A program made the translations under genes and the position numbers. 64,000 nt of DNA from Dehalococcoidia bacterium (GTDB lineage: Bacteria > Chloroflexota > Dehalococcoidia > Lucifugimonadales > CAUZJF01), in contig CBDEFX010000001.1 in NCBI GenBank assembly GCA_965237635.1, forward strand, positions 290,176 through 354,175, written 5' to 3'. This document shows, piece by piece, positions 8,749 through 18,087 of this stretch. The notes beneath the pieces were generated by a model, which saw only the letters and a program-made list of their open reading frames with translations, searched no databases and was not told the origin of the DNA. Positions within the stretch are counted from its first letter, which is position 1, and each line of letters opens with the position of its first letter.

Positions 8749-10593
8749 CTATTCGACCTGCTCTGTAAGGTGAGACTCGAGGATATCGCCTTCCTTGTAG
8801 TCTGCGAATCCCTCGAGCACGATGCCCCCTTCGAGGCCGGTGTTGATCTCTCTCACGTCGTCCTTGAAGTGCTTGAGGCTCGCCACAGGCCCGACAAATA
8901 TAGACTCGCCGTTCCTCAAGACGTGGACCTGCCCGCCACGGGAGATCGTGCCATTGTTGACGTAGATACCCGCGGCCGTCGTCCGGCGCCCTACGCCGAA
9001 TGTAGCACGCACGGTGGCCGACCCCTCTACAAGATCGCGGCTCACAGGCTCCAGAAGACCCTGCAGTGCCTTCTCGATGTCGTCGATTAGGCTGTATATG
9101 ACGTCATAGAAGCGTATATCCAGCCCCTGCTGGTTCGCTACGGAAAGCGCGCCGGGCTCAGGCCGGCTGTTGAATCCTACTATGATGGCCTGAGAGGCTG
9201 CCGCCAGGAGAACGTCGCTTTCAGTTATGCTGCCGCTGGCGGCGTGGACCAAGTTCACTCTTGTCTCTTCGGTGTTCAAGCCTTCCAGAGCATTGCGCAC
9301 CGCGTCGACGCTGCCCTGGACGTCCGTTTTCACGATCAAGTTTAGTGCCTTGACCTCGCCAGACTGTATCCTCGAGTGAATCTCTTCGAGAGAGACTCCC
9401 GATTCCCGACCTTTTTGTAGCTCCGCCTCGCGCTCCATAGCTTCCAACATCTCTCGGGCCGCCTTCTCATCGGCGACCGCGGTCAATGAGTCTCCTGCCT
9501 CAGGAAGGCCGCTCAGGCCAAGTACCTCGACCGGAGCGGACGGGCTGGCCGTCCTTACTCTTTTACCTCCATCGTTTAGCATGGCTTTTACGCGGCCTCT
9601 GACGTTCCCCGCCACCACACTATCGCCGATTTTGAGGGTACCCGTCTGCACGAGGACCGTGGCCACCGGACCTTTGCTCTTGTCCATGCGCGCTTCAACC
9701 ACGACCCCCTGCGCCATCCGATTAGGGTTGGCTTTTAGGTCGCGGACCTCGGCTGCGACTAAAATGTTCGCTAGAAGATCGGAAACTCCTTCGCCTTTCA
9801 GCGCTGAGATCGGCACTGCGATGACATCGCCGCCCCACTCTTCGATCAGGAGGTCGTGCTCCGAGAGCTGGCGCTTGACCTTCTCTCCGTCGGCCGCTGG
9901 CCGGTCCATCTTATTGATTGCTACGACGATCGGCACCTCTGCGGCCTTAACGTGGTCGATCGCCTCCACAGTTTGGGGCATGATCCCATCGTCAGCGGCA
10001 ACCACCAATACGGCAACGTCCGTCACCTGGGCGCCTCTGGCGCGCATTGCGGTGAACGCCTCGTGGCCTGGTGTATCTAGGAAAGTGATCGGGTTGCTCT
10101 CGTACTCAACCTGGTAAGCCCCGATGTGTTGGGTGATACCCCCGGTCTCGTCCGCTACTACCTTGCTGTCTCTGATCGCATCCAGAAGTGTAGTCTTGCC
10201 GTGGTCCACGTGGCCAAGGATCGCGACAACAGGGGCACGTGGCTCTAGTTCTGCCGGGTCTTCATCCTCTCCTGAGATCACCACCGAGCCCGGCCCGCGC
10301 TCCTCTCCGGGCGCGGCCTTCACCTGGAACCCGAACGACTCGACGATCATCGAGGCGGTCTCGAGCTCGACCACGTCGTTGATCGCGAACATGTGGCCGG
10401 CCCTCATCAGCTGTTTGATCACTTCGATCGGGCTGAGTCCCATCAACACCGCCAGATCGTGAACTGTCAGTGCGGCGGGGACCTCCAATACTGTGGGCGC
10501 CGCGACATTGGCCGTGGGAGCGACACCGACTTCCGGCTGGGCCTGGACGGTGCCCTGGGTCGAGTCTTGCGGTTGGACAGGTTTGTTTGCCAT
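8749..10593 (-). CDS. infB: translation initiation factor IF-2
   Basis: G-domain [24 protein letters not shown] and NKMD, followed by the IF-2 C-terminal domains. Confidence 0.95.
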   Translation of the reverse strand: MANKPVQPQDSTQGTVQAQPEVGVAPTANVAAPTVLEVPAALTVHDLAVLMGLSPIEVIKQLMRAGHMFAINDVVELETASMIVESFGFQVKAAPGEERGPGSVVISGEDEDPAELEPRAPVVAILGHVDHGKTTLLDAIRDSKVVADETGGITQHIGAYQVEYESNPITFLDTPGHEAFTAMRARGAQVTDVAVLVVAADDGIMPQTVEAIDHVKAAEVPIVVAINKMDRPAADGEKVKRQLSEHDLLIEEWGGDVIAVPISALKGEGVSDLLANILVAAEVRDLKANPNRMAQGVVVEARMDKSKGPVATVLVQTGTLKIGDSVVAGNVRGRVKAMLNDGGKRVRTASPSAPVEVLGLSGLPEAGDSLTAVADEKAAREMLEAMEREAELQKGRESGVSLEEIHSRIQSGEVKALNLIVKTDVQGSVDAVRNALEGLNTEETRVNLVHAASGSITESDVLLAAASQAIIVGFNSRPEPGALSVANQQGLDIRFYDVIYSLIDDIEKALQGLLEPVSRDLVEGSATVRATFGVGRRTTAAGIYVNNGTISRGGQVHVLRNGESIFVGPVASLKHFKDDVREINTGLEGGIVLEGFADYKEGDILESHLTEQVE

Positions 10594-10599
10594 TTTTGC

Positions 10600-10890
10600 C
10601 TATGCGGTCTCTGGAATGACTGTGGACTCGATTAGAGCCTCCAGTTTAGCCCATTCCTCGTCTCTCAGTCCTCTTCTGAGCGCGTATTCCAACCGGCCTT
10701 TCTTGAGTGGCGCATGTCCGCCCTTCCTGTCTTTGCAAATGTATGCGCCACGGCCGGAGGCTTTCCCCGTCGAGTCCATCTCCACTGTGCCTTGCGGGGT
10801 TGCCACTATGCACGACAACTCGCTTTTTGTGGTCTTGTTACCGCAAGCCAGGCACGTTCTCAGGGGTACGTGTCGTCGGCCGTCATCCAT
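10600..10890 (-). CDS. ylxR: YlxR/DUF448 family RNA-binding protein
   Basis: PLRTCLACGNKTTKSEL and GRGAYIC motifs. Canonical position between nusA and infB. Confidence 0.85.
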   Translation of the reverse strand: MDDGRRHVPLRTCLACGNKTTKSELSCIVATPQGTVEMDSTGKASGRGAYICKDRKGGHAPLKKGRLEYALRRGLRDEEWAKLEALIESTVIPETA

Positions 10891-10904
10891 CGACGTAACG
10901 CGCC

Positions 10905-12716
10905 TTACCGTCTCTTGCGAGCTTTGGTCCTCCGTGGAGGGCCACGCCGCGCCGCGCCGCCTTGGGATCCTCCGGTACGACGCCCACGCCTGGATCCCAT
11001 TCTGGCCTTATTCAGTTCGTCTATGTCCTCGGCGAACCTGATAACTCCCGGTTCCAGAGTCCTCAAGCCACGAGTAGACCAAACATTGTCTGGCAGCTGA
11101 TCTATCGAAGTAGCGGTGTCGGTAACACCAACCGGCTGGGCTTCCGGCTTCTCTGCTTCTCCGGCTCCAGCAGGCACCGCCACCGGTTCGGCCGGGACCT
11201 TTTTCTCCGCAGGCGCCTCCGCCCCCTCGGTCGCGACCTCCGCAGCGGCCTGTACAGCCGCCAAGACCTCCGCCGCCTCTTCTACAACTGGCTTCTCTTC
11301 GGGCTTGGCTTCCCCAGGCTCCGCGGTGGCGGCCACCGACTCCTCAGACGGGACCTCGACCGGTGCTGCCGCCTCCGGCTCTTCCGCCTCGGCGACCGCG
11401 ACTTCCTCTGGCGCGGCCTCGACCGGTTGCGGAGCAGCATCTACGGGCTCAGTGGGAAGCAGGTTCAACTCCCCAAGCCGGCCATACAAGTCATCCAATG
11501 CTTTCTTGCCAAATCCACTGATCTTGAGCAGGTCGGACTTTTCCATCTCTAAGATCTGCGCTACTTTATCGACGCCCGACTGCTTCAGGACGTTTAGAAC
11601 GCGAGTGGCCAGGCCAACATGCTCCAGTGCCATGTCGGGCCCCACGGCCACTGGAGCTGCCTTGGCGCCCTCTTCGGCAGGCGCGGTCTCAACGTCGCTC
11701 TTTATGTCGACCTTCCATCCTGTTAGCCTCGCCGCAAGCCTGGCATTCTGACCTTCTTTGCCAATTGCTAGCGACAGCTGCCGTTCGGGCACGATGGCAA
11801 CGGCGGTCCCAGCCTCTTCGTCGAGGTCGACGCGCATGACCATCGATGGGCTCAGTGAGCTGGAGATGAACGCAGCGGGGTCCTTGTTCCACTGCACCAC
11901 GTCTATCTTCTCGCCATGTAGCTCGTTGACGATGTTCTGAATACGGATCCCTCTCAGACCGACGCACGACCCAACAGCGTCTACCCCGTCCTGTTTGGCC
12001 CAGACCGCTACCTTGCTGCGCCACCCTGCCTCTCTAGCAATGGCTACGATTTCGACCGAGCCGTTGTAGATCTCCGGCACCTCAATTTCAAACAGCCGTT
12101 TTAGAAGCAGCTTGTCCGCCCGAGAAACGATGATCTCCGGCCCCTTGTTGGACTGCCGGATCGACTGGAGTAGGACCTTTATCTTCTGGCCTATGCGATA
12201 TCGCTCATAGGGGGCCTGCTCGGACGCCGGTAAGATCGCCTCGGCGCGGCCCATCTCCACAATTAACTGCTTGGGCTCCATCCTCTGGACGGTGACGGTG
12301 AATACGTCGCCCTCTTTGTCGGCGTACTCCTGGAATACCAGGTCCCGCTCCGCCTCCCTCAAGCGCTGCATCACCACTTGCTTCGCCGTCTGGGCGGCGA
12401 TGCGCCCGGCAATGTGGCCAAGACTCTGCGTCGCGACCACCTCGCCTACCTGCGCATCCTCCCTTAACTTCCTGGCCTCCGACAGCTCGATCTCCTGGTC
12501 GGGATCAGATACCTCCTCGACCGCGGTCTTTACGGCATATACACTTACCTCTCCGCTTCCAGGGTCCAACTTGACGGAGATATCCTGGCCGAAGGCTACG
12601 CTGTCCCTTTTGTAGGCGGATACAAGCGCAGCTTCGATCGCCGACAGCACGATCTCTCTCGGCAAATTGCGCTCGGCGGCCAATTGTGTCAAAGCAATAA
12701 TGAAATCGCTCTTCAT
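10905..12716 (-). CDS. nusA: transcription termination/antitermination factor NusA with a long acidic low-complexity extension and an Arg-rich tail
   Basis: NusA N-terminal, S1 and KH domains are recognisable (VGEVV..V, IAREAGWRSKVAVW, GSCVGLRGIRIQNIVNEL, AIGKEGQNARLAA). The C-terminus is A/E/P-rich and ends RRGRRTGGSQGGAARRGPPRRTKARKRR. Confidence 0.95.
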   Translation of the reverse strand: MKSDFIIALTQLAAERNLPREIVLSAIEAALVSAYKRDSVAFGQDISVKLDPGSGEVSVYAVKTAVEEVSDPDQEIELSEARKLREDAQVGEVVATQSLGHIAGRIAAQTAKQVVMQRLREAERDLVFQEYADKEGDVFTVTVQRMEPKQLIVEMGRAEAILPASEQAPYERYRIGQKIKVLLQSIRQSNKGPEIIVSRADKLLLKRLFEIEVPEIYNGSVEIVAIAREAGWRSKVAVWAKQDGVDAVGSCVGLRGIRIQNIVNELHGEKIDVVQWNKDPAAFISSSLSPSMVMRVDLDEEAGTAVAIVPERQLSLAIGKEGQNARLAARLTGWKVDIKSDVETAPAEEGAKAAPVAVGPDMALEHVGLATRVLNVLKQSGVDKVAQILEMEKSDLLKISGFGKKALDDLYGRLGELNLLPTEPVDAAPQPVEAAPEEVAVAEAEEPEAAAPVEVPSEESVAATAEPGEAKPEEKPVVEEAAEVLAAVQAAAEVATEGAEAPAEKKVPAEPVAVPAGAGEAEKPEAQPVGVTDTATSIDQLPDNVWSTRGLRTLEPGVIRFAEDIDELNKARMGSRRGRRTGGSQGGAARRGPPRRTKARKRR

Positions 12717-12757
12717 ACTTCAGCCACCTCCTCGGGATCAGTACCCTTTTTAACAAA

Positions 12758-12780
12758 GAAAGTGGGGCCACCCCACTTTC
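12758..12780 (-). promoter_or_regulatory. terminator-like hairpin in the nusA 5' leader
   Basis: Minus strand gaaagtgggg-tgg-ccccactttc (perfect 10-bp stem) followed by tttgtt. It lies between the predicted promoter and the nusA RBS GAGGAGG. Confidence 0.5.
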
Positions 12781-12812
12781 AAAAAAACAACTCCGCGGAA
12801 ACCGATATCGCC

Positions 12813-12841
12813 AGTATACCATTCTCAAATTGGTTGCACAA
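12813..12841 (-). promoter_or_regulatory. candidate sigma70-type promoter of the nusA operon
   Basis: Minus strand TTGTGC-N17-TATACT. Confidence 0.4.
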
Positions 12842-12924
12842 CATGGCAGTTTTCTTTGCCCGCGACCGTTGCCCTGCACCCCGACGCGACCGGAGGCGAA
12901 GCGGGGAACGGCACACCAGCCGTA

Positions 12925-12933
12925 TGCTATAAT
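12925..12933 (+). promoter_or_regulatory. candidate extended -10 promoter element for prs
   Basis: TGcTATAAT about 70 nt upstream of the prs ATG. No good -35 was seen. Confidence 0.35.
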
Positions 12934-13002
12934 TCGGTTGAGTCCGGTGGCTCAAAGATAGTCGTTCCCTTACCACCTCCCAAGCCATGGAATGCGAGGA
13001 AA

Positions 13003-13956
13003 ATGATGCCCCTTTTCGAAGACCTGAAGGTCTTCGCCGGTAACGCCCATCCGGCTCTCGCCAAGGACATATGCGCGTATCTGGGCGTATCCCTCGGCAC
13101 CTGCGAAGTCTTCAAGTTCAGCAACGATGAGACATTCGTCAAGATCCTGGAGAACGTACGGGAAAAGGATGTCTTCCTGGTCCAGCCTATCTCAGCTCCG
13201 GTCAACGATCACCTGATGGAGCTATGGATCATGATCGACGCGGCCAGAAGGGCATCGGCCGGGCGTATCACCGCAGTGATCCCTTACTACGCCTACGGGC
13301 GGACTGATAAGAAGGACCAGCCCCGGGTGGCGATCACCGCGCGTCTGGTGGCCGATTTCACAAGCGCCGCCGGCGCCGATCGAGTGCTAACGATGAACTT
13401 GCACGCCGGCCAGATCCAGGGTTTCTTCAACATCCCTCTGGACGAGCTGAGCGCCATACGGCTTCTGGCCAAAAGATACTCAGATGGTGGGTTTGACAAC
13501 TTGGTCGTAGCCGCTACGGATGTTGGGGCAGCCAAGAGGGCCCGCGATATGGCCGACCTACTGGACGCCCCAATAGTAATCATAGAAAAACAGCGCATGG
13601 GGAACGAGGACCGCGTCGAGGCTGTCAACCTCATCGGGAGCGTCGAGGGCAAGACGGCGCTCATTGTCGACGACGAAATAGACACCGGCGGCAGCGTAGT
13701 GGCAGCGGCCGAGCTGTTGAAAGAGCATGGCGCGGAAGACGTCTATTGCAGCGCTGTACACGCGATATTGTCCGGCACTGCGCACGAACGTCTGAGGAAG
13801 AGCGTTCTCAAGGAGATAGTCGTCACCGATACGTTGCCGGTGCCCGAGGAGAAGCGTGTCCCGAATATGAAGGTCCTGTCCGTAGCCCCGATACTAGGGG
13901 AGGCCATCCACCGGATCCACAGCGGCCTGTCCGTTGGGGCCATGTTCGAGCACTAG
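13003..13956 (+). CDS. prs: ribose-phosphate diphosphokinase (PRPP synthetase)
   Basis: Internal ATG 13003 (MMPLFEDLKVFAGNAHPALA). PRPP-binding loop ALIVDDEIDTGGS. Confidence 0.9.
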   Translation: MMPLFEDLKVFAGNAHPALAKDICAYLGVSLGTCEVFKFSNDETFVKILENVREKDVFLVQPISAPVNDHLMELWIMIDAARRASAGRITAVIPYYAYGRTDKKDQPRVAITARLVADFTSAAGADRVLTMNLHAGQIQGFFNIPLDELSAIRLLAKRYSDGGFDNLVVAATDVGAAKRARDMADLLDAPIVIIEKQRMGNEDRVEAVNLIGSVEGKTALIVDDEIDTGGSVVAAAELLKEHGAEDVYCSAVHAILSGTAHERLRKSVLKEIVVTDTLPVPEEKRVPNMKVLSVAPILGEAIHRIHSGLSVGAMFEH

Positions 13957-13971
13957 AGAGAGCTAGAGGCT

Positions 13972-16617
13972 ATGCTTAGTAGTTTGGCAAAGGTCCTCGG
14001 TGGGTCTACCGAAAGGGCCATAAAAAAGCTGAGACCGGTCGTCGAGACGATCAACGGGCTCGAGGGTGAATTCGAGCGCCTCTCCGATGAACAGCTTCGG
14101 GCAAAGACAGACGAGTTGAGGGAGCGGGTCCAGGACGGCGAAGAGATAGACGACCTGGTCCCCGAAGCCTTCGCAGTCGTCAGAGAGGCGGCGAAGCGGA
14201 CTCTCGGGCAGCGACATTTCGACGTTCAGCTCATGGGAGGCTACGTCCTCCACCAGGGGAAGATCGCCGAGATGAAGACGGGCGAGGGCAAGACTCTCGT
14301 GGCCACCCTCGCCGCATACCTCAACGCGCTCACGGGCGAGGGCGTCCACGTGGTCACAGTAAACGACTATCTGGCGCGGCGTGACGCTCAATGGATGGGC
14401 GCCATCTATCATCTGGCGGGCCTTTCGACCGGGGCTCTGCAGCATGAGACTGCATACATATACGCGCCCGAGGGAGAGGGAGAAGGCGGCGAGCAGGGGA
14501 TGGAGCTCCTTCGGAAGGTGGAGCGGAAAGAGGCCTACGCCGCCGACATCACCTACGGCACGAACAACGAGTTCGGCTTCGACTACCTCCGAGACAACAT
14601 GGTCATCGACCAATCACAGCGCGTGCAGCGTGAGTTGGTCTACGCGATAGTTGACGAGGTCGACAACATTCTGATCGACGAAGCCAGGACCCCCCTTATC
14701 ATCAGCGCCGCCGCCGAAGAGTCGGCGAAGGAGTACCAACACTTCGCACGCATTGTCCCAGGCCTCCAAGAGGGCGCAGACTACACCATCGACGAGAAGC
14801 ACCGCTCGGTCTCCCTAACGGGCGAGGGTACGAGCAAAGTCGAGCGGCTTATCAAGGTAAAGAACCTCTATGACCCCGAGAACTTCCGCCTGGTCCATTT
14901 TATGGAGAACGCGCTGAAGAGCCGCGCCCTCTTCAAACGAGACGAAGAGTACGTGGTCAAAGATGGCCAGGTAATCATCGTAGACGAGTTTACGGGCCGC
15001 CTAATGCCTGGCCGGCGCTACTCTGATGGGCTCCACCAGGCACTCGAGGCTAAAGAGGGTGTCAACATCCAGCGTGAGACCGTCACTTATGCCACCATCA
15101 CGCTGCAGAACTACTTCCGAATGTACTCAAAGCTGGCCGGAATGACGGGGACCGCCGCGACAGAAGCGGAGGAGTTCTGGAAGATCTATAAGCTGGACGT
15201 CGCGGAAATCCCGACCAACCTGCCTATGGTCCGCGAAGACCGGACCGACCTTATCTATAGGGACGAGAAGGCCAAGTACGAGGCGGTGGTGAGTGAGATC
15301 GAGGAGCGTCAGCGCGCGGGGCAGCCGGTCCTCGTGGGCACAACGGACATATCGAAGTCCGAGCTGCTGAGCGAGACCATGGACCGCAAAGGTATCCGTC
15401 ACGAGGTGCTGAACGCCAAGCAGCACGAGAGGGAGGCCGGCATCATCGCCGAGGCCGGACGGACCGGCGCCGTAACCGTCGCCACGAATATGGCGGGCCG
15501 TGGCACCGACATCGTCCTCGGTGGGAATCCCGACGCCCTCGACATCAGTCAGGAACAGTGGGAGGCCGACCACAAGAAGGTGGTGGAACTGGGCGGGCTT
15601 CATATCGTCGGTACGGAACGCCACGAGGCGCGACGGATCGACAACCAGCTCCGTGGCCGTGCGGGCCGGCAAGGCGACCCCGGAAGCTCCCGGTTCTTCG
15701 TGGCCCTCGACGACGACCTGATGCGCCGGTTCGGGGGCGACAAGATCAAGACCGTGATGGGATGGGCCGGGCTCGAGGACGACGCCGCCATCGAGAACAG
15801 GATGGTGAGCAAGTCCATCGAAGGCGCGCAGATCAAGGTGGAAGCCTATCACTTCGACCTGAGAAAGCACCTGGTGGAGTACGACGACGTCGTCAACACC
15901 CACCGGGCCATAATCTATGCCGAACGAGACAAGACTCTCAGCGGTACCGATCTGAAGGCGAACATACAGTCCATGGTGGACCAGGAGTTGAGCGACGTCC
16001 TCTCTCGGTATCTCGACGATAAGGCCCCCGAGAACTGGGACCTGGACCCGATGCTTGGCGAGCTTGAGTCTATCTTCCTGTTGCCCGACGGCCTCTCCGA
16101 CCCTGATAGTCTCGTCCAGATTGACTCGGGAGAGATCGAGCGCCGTGTCCTGGAGTACGCCAGAGAGCTGTACGATGAGCAAGAAGCCAGCCTGACCCCC
16201 GAGCTGATGCGGTCCGTCGAACGCGAGGTTATGCTGCGAATCATCGACGGCCACTGGGTCCAGCATCTCACAGGGATGGAGAACCTGCGCCAGGGGATCG
16301 GGCTCTACGCCTACGGACAACGCGACCCCTTGGTGATGTACAAGAAGGAAGGTCGCGAGAAATTCGACGATCTGCTGGCCCGCATCCAGTACGACATCGT
16401 CCACACCATCTACCACGTGAACGTGGGAGGGACGGGCAACGACGGCAAGTCAAGACGGGCGGGCCCGAAGAGCCCAAACGGCGGCCAGAGCGTAATGACC
16501 CGCGTGATGGGGAATCGGTCTCGCGAGCCGGTGACAGCTGGAGCCCAAAAGGTGGGGCGCAACGAACAGTGCCCTTGCGGTAGCGGCAAAAAGTACAAGC
16601 GCTGCCACGGAGCGTAG
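13972..16617 (+). CDS. secA: preprotein translocase ATPase SecA
   Basis: Full-length SecA pattern ([41 protein letters not shown]). C-terminal zinc-finger tail [14 protein letters not shown]. Confidence 0.95.
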   Translation: MLSSLAKVLGGSTERAIKKLRPVVETINGLEGEFERLSDEQLRAKTDELRERVQDGEEIDDLVPEAFAVVREAAKRTLGQRHFDVQLMGGYVLHQGKIAEMKTGEGKTLVATLAAYLNALTGEGVHVVTVNDYLARRDAQWMGAIYHLAGLSTGALQHETAYIYAPEGEGEGGEQGMELLRKVERKEAYAADITYGTNNEFGFDYLRDNMVIDQSQRVQRELVYAIVDEVDNILIDEARTPLIISAAAEESAKEYQHFARIVPGLQEGADYTIDEKHRSVSLTGEGTSKVERLIKVKNLYDPENFRLVHFMENALKSRALFKRDEEYVVKDGQVIIVDEFTGRLMPGRRYSDGLHQALEAKEGVNIQRETVTYATITLQNYFRMYSKLAGMTGTAATEAEEFWKIYKLDVAEIPTNLPMVREDRTDLIYRDEKAKYEAVVSEIEERQRAGQPVLVGTTDISKSELLSETMDRKGIRHEVLNAKQHEREAGIIAEAGRTGAVTVATNMAGRGTDIVLGGNPDALDISQEQWEADHKKVVELGGLHIVGTERHEARRIDNQLRGRAGRQGDPGSSRFFVALDDDLMRRFGGDKIKTVMGWAGLEDDAAIENRMVSKSIEGAQIKVEAYHFDLRKHLVEYDDVVNTHRAIIYAERDKTLSGTDLKANIQSMVDQELSDVLSRYLDDKAPENWDLDPMLGELESIFLLPDGLSDPDSLVQIDSGEIERRVLEYARELYDEQEASLTPELMRSVEREVMLRIIDGHWVQHLTGMENLRQGIGLYAYGQRDPLVMYKKEGREKFDDLLARIQYDIVHTIYHVNVGGTGNDGKSRRAGPKSPNGGQSVMTRVMGNRSREPVTAGAQKVGRNEQCPCGSGKKYKRCHGA

Positions 16618-16890
16618 GCGGCTCGTCACGTGCGCATGACCGCCAAGTGGGCGTGAACAAAGCATGTCATGCTGAGGCTCGGCGAAGCACCTGGGGTGGG
16701 GAGGCACCCTCTCCAGACCCTTCGGCCTTAGGACGGCCTCAGAGCCTGCACTGAGCTTGCCGAAGTGGTGACAATCGGCTGATTCCTGCTACACCTAATC
16801 AGTGCTAGAGCGGCACCTTCACCTCCGCGCGGCGGCCTACATTGTGTCCAGCGATACCTGAGGCAGTACACCAGAGTTGCGACGCTGCTC

Positions 16891-17358
16891 ATGGACAACC
16901 CCCAAATCGCACAAGTCTTCGCGGACATCGCCGGCCTGCTTGAGATGAAGGACGAGTCGGTCTTCACCATCCGGGCCTACCAGACGGTCGCCCGCACCAT
17001 CGAAGACCTCCCCGCCGGACTGGACCAGATTGTGCGTGAAGGCCGCGATCTGAAAGAAATCCCCGGCATAGGTCAGGCGATCGCCAAGAAAATCACCGAG
17101 CTGGTCACGACCGGCCGGCTCGCGTACTACGACAGGCTGCGGGACGAGTTCCCCGATGGTATCCTGGAGGTCATGCGTCTGCCAGGCGTCGGCCCCAAGA
17201 CGACCAAGAGGCTCTGGAAGGAGCTAGCCATCACGACGGTCTCCGAACTGGAGCAGGCAATCGAGAATGGTAGATTGGCCGCTCTGCCGCGAATGGGAAA
17301 GAAAACGGCCGACAACATGCTTCAGCACATCCGGTCTGCGGAAACTCTCGAGGGTTGA
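16891..17358 (+). CDS. stand-alone DNA polymerase X N-terminal module (8-kDa plus helix-hairpin-helix fingers region) without palm, thumb or PHP domains
   Basis: NPQIAQVFADIAGLLEMKDESVFTIRAYQTVARTIEDLP, IPGIGQAIAKKI and LPGVGPKTTKRL match the PolX/Pol-beta N-terminus. The ORF stops at TGA 17356..17358, about where the palm would begin. Confidence 0.6.
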   Translation: MDNPQIAQVFADIAGLLEMKDESVFTIRAYQTVARTIEDLPAGLDQIVREGRDLKEIPGIGQAIAKKITELVTTGRLAYYDRLRDEFPDGILEVMRLPGVGPKTTKRLWKELAITTVSELEQAIENGRLAALPRMGKKTADNMLQHIRSAETLEG

Positions 17359-17370
17359 GACGGGCTAGTT

Positions 17371-18087
17371 ATGGGCAAAAGCTCACCGAACGCAGGCGGC
17401 TCGTCGTCCATCTCGCAAGAAGCCGTAATAGAGCGTTTACGGAACGCGCTCGCGGACGGCCACGATTGGGCTACGTCCATGGTCGAGGCGATAGCGCTGT
17501 GGACCACCCCGCTGGAGGTATTCCGCGGCAGGCGTTACAACTACTTCGTCGATGGCGAGGCCTTCGACTGGCTGCTCCTGGCGGAGCGACTCTGCCAGGC
17601 CACAGACGGGCTCATCCCGCAGAAAGAAAGAGAGAGCCTGCTATTCTCAGGCAAGTTCCCCTCTTCGTTCGACCACTCCACATTGAAAAGCCTGCTGGGC
17701 GTGGAGAAGTACCGGGCGTACCTCAACTACTACTACGGCGTGACCGTAGAGGAAGCGCTGCAGCTGGCTACCGAGCTAGAAGTCCACAAACGGCATTTAG
17801 GCAACGGCGTCCGATACAGGGACGACTACACCGACGAGGCACACGTCAAGATCTACGGCTCGACCCGGAGAGAGCTACTTAAGACGTTCCGAGAGGAGAT
17901 CGGCTTGCCGTCGCGGCGGTACCTCAGCCTCGGCGAATCGAAGGAGTTCACCTACTGGCTGTTCAAGTACCGGCTGAGGGCCTCGGACAAAGCAAAGACT
18001 GCTAGCGACACCAGAAAGGGTCTCCACCAGCTCGAGCGCATGGGAGAGGCGTTCAGTCCGCAGGCAGAGCCGCTACCCCAACCTTGA
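17371..18087 (+). CDS. hypothetical protein (238 aa), no family recognised
   Basis: Long ORF with coding-like composition. It is in the same frame as the preceding PolX-N ORF, separated by one TGA and four codons. Confidence 0.5.
   Translation: MGKSSPNAGGSSSISQEAVIERLRNALADGHDWATSMVEAIALWTTPLEVFRGRRYNYFVDGEAFDWLLLAERLCQATDGLIPQKERESLLFSGKFPSSFDHSTLKSLLGVEKYRAYLNYYYGVTVEEALQLATELEVHKRHLGNGVRYRDDYTDEAHVKIYGSTRRELLKTFREEIGLPSRRYLSLGESKEFTYWLFKYRLRASDKAKTASDTRKGLHQLERMGEAFSPQAEPLPQP

Noticed and set aside
11116-11751. 211-aa Ala/Ser/Thr-rich plus-strand ORF
   Set aside because: It is the antisense reading of the acidic A/E/P-rich tail of NusA. The same logic applies to 38238..38765 opposite the P/A linker of the binding protein.
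12717-13002. Search for a short rimP gene upstream of nusA
   Set aside because: Only an implausible 69-aa ORF (12779..12988) lies here. It overlaps both divergent promoters and shows no RimP-like sequence.
15127-16416. 429-aa minus-strand ORF inside secA
   Set aside because: It is antisense to a fully conserved SecA reading frame. It has a low-complexity Val/Leu/Gly/Asp composition typical of shadow ORFs in GC-rich DNA.
17356-17358. TGA between the PolX-N ORF and the 238-aa ORF as selenocysteine or programmed read-through
   Set aside because: I could see no SECIS-like hairpin immediately downstream, and there is no supporting context. It is kept only as a note within the finding.
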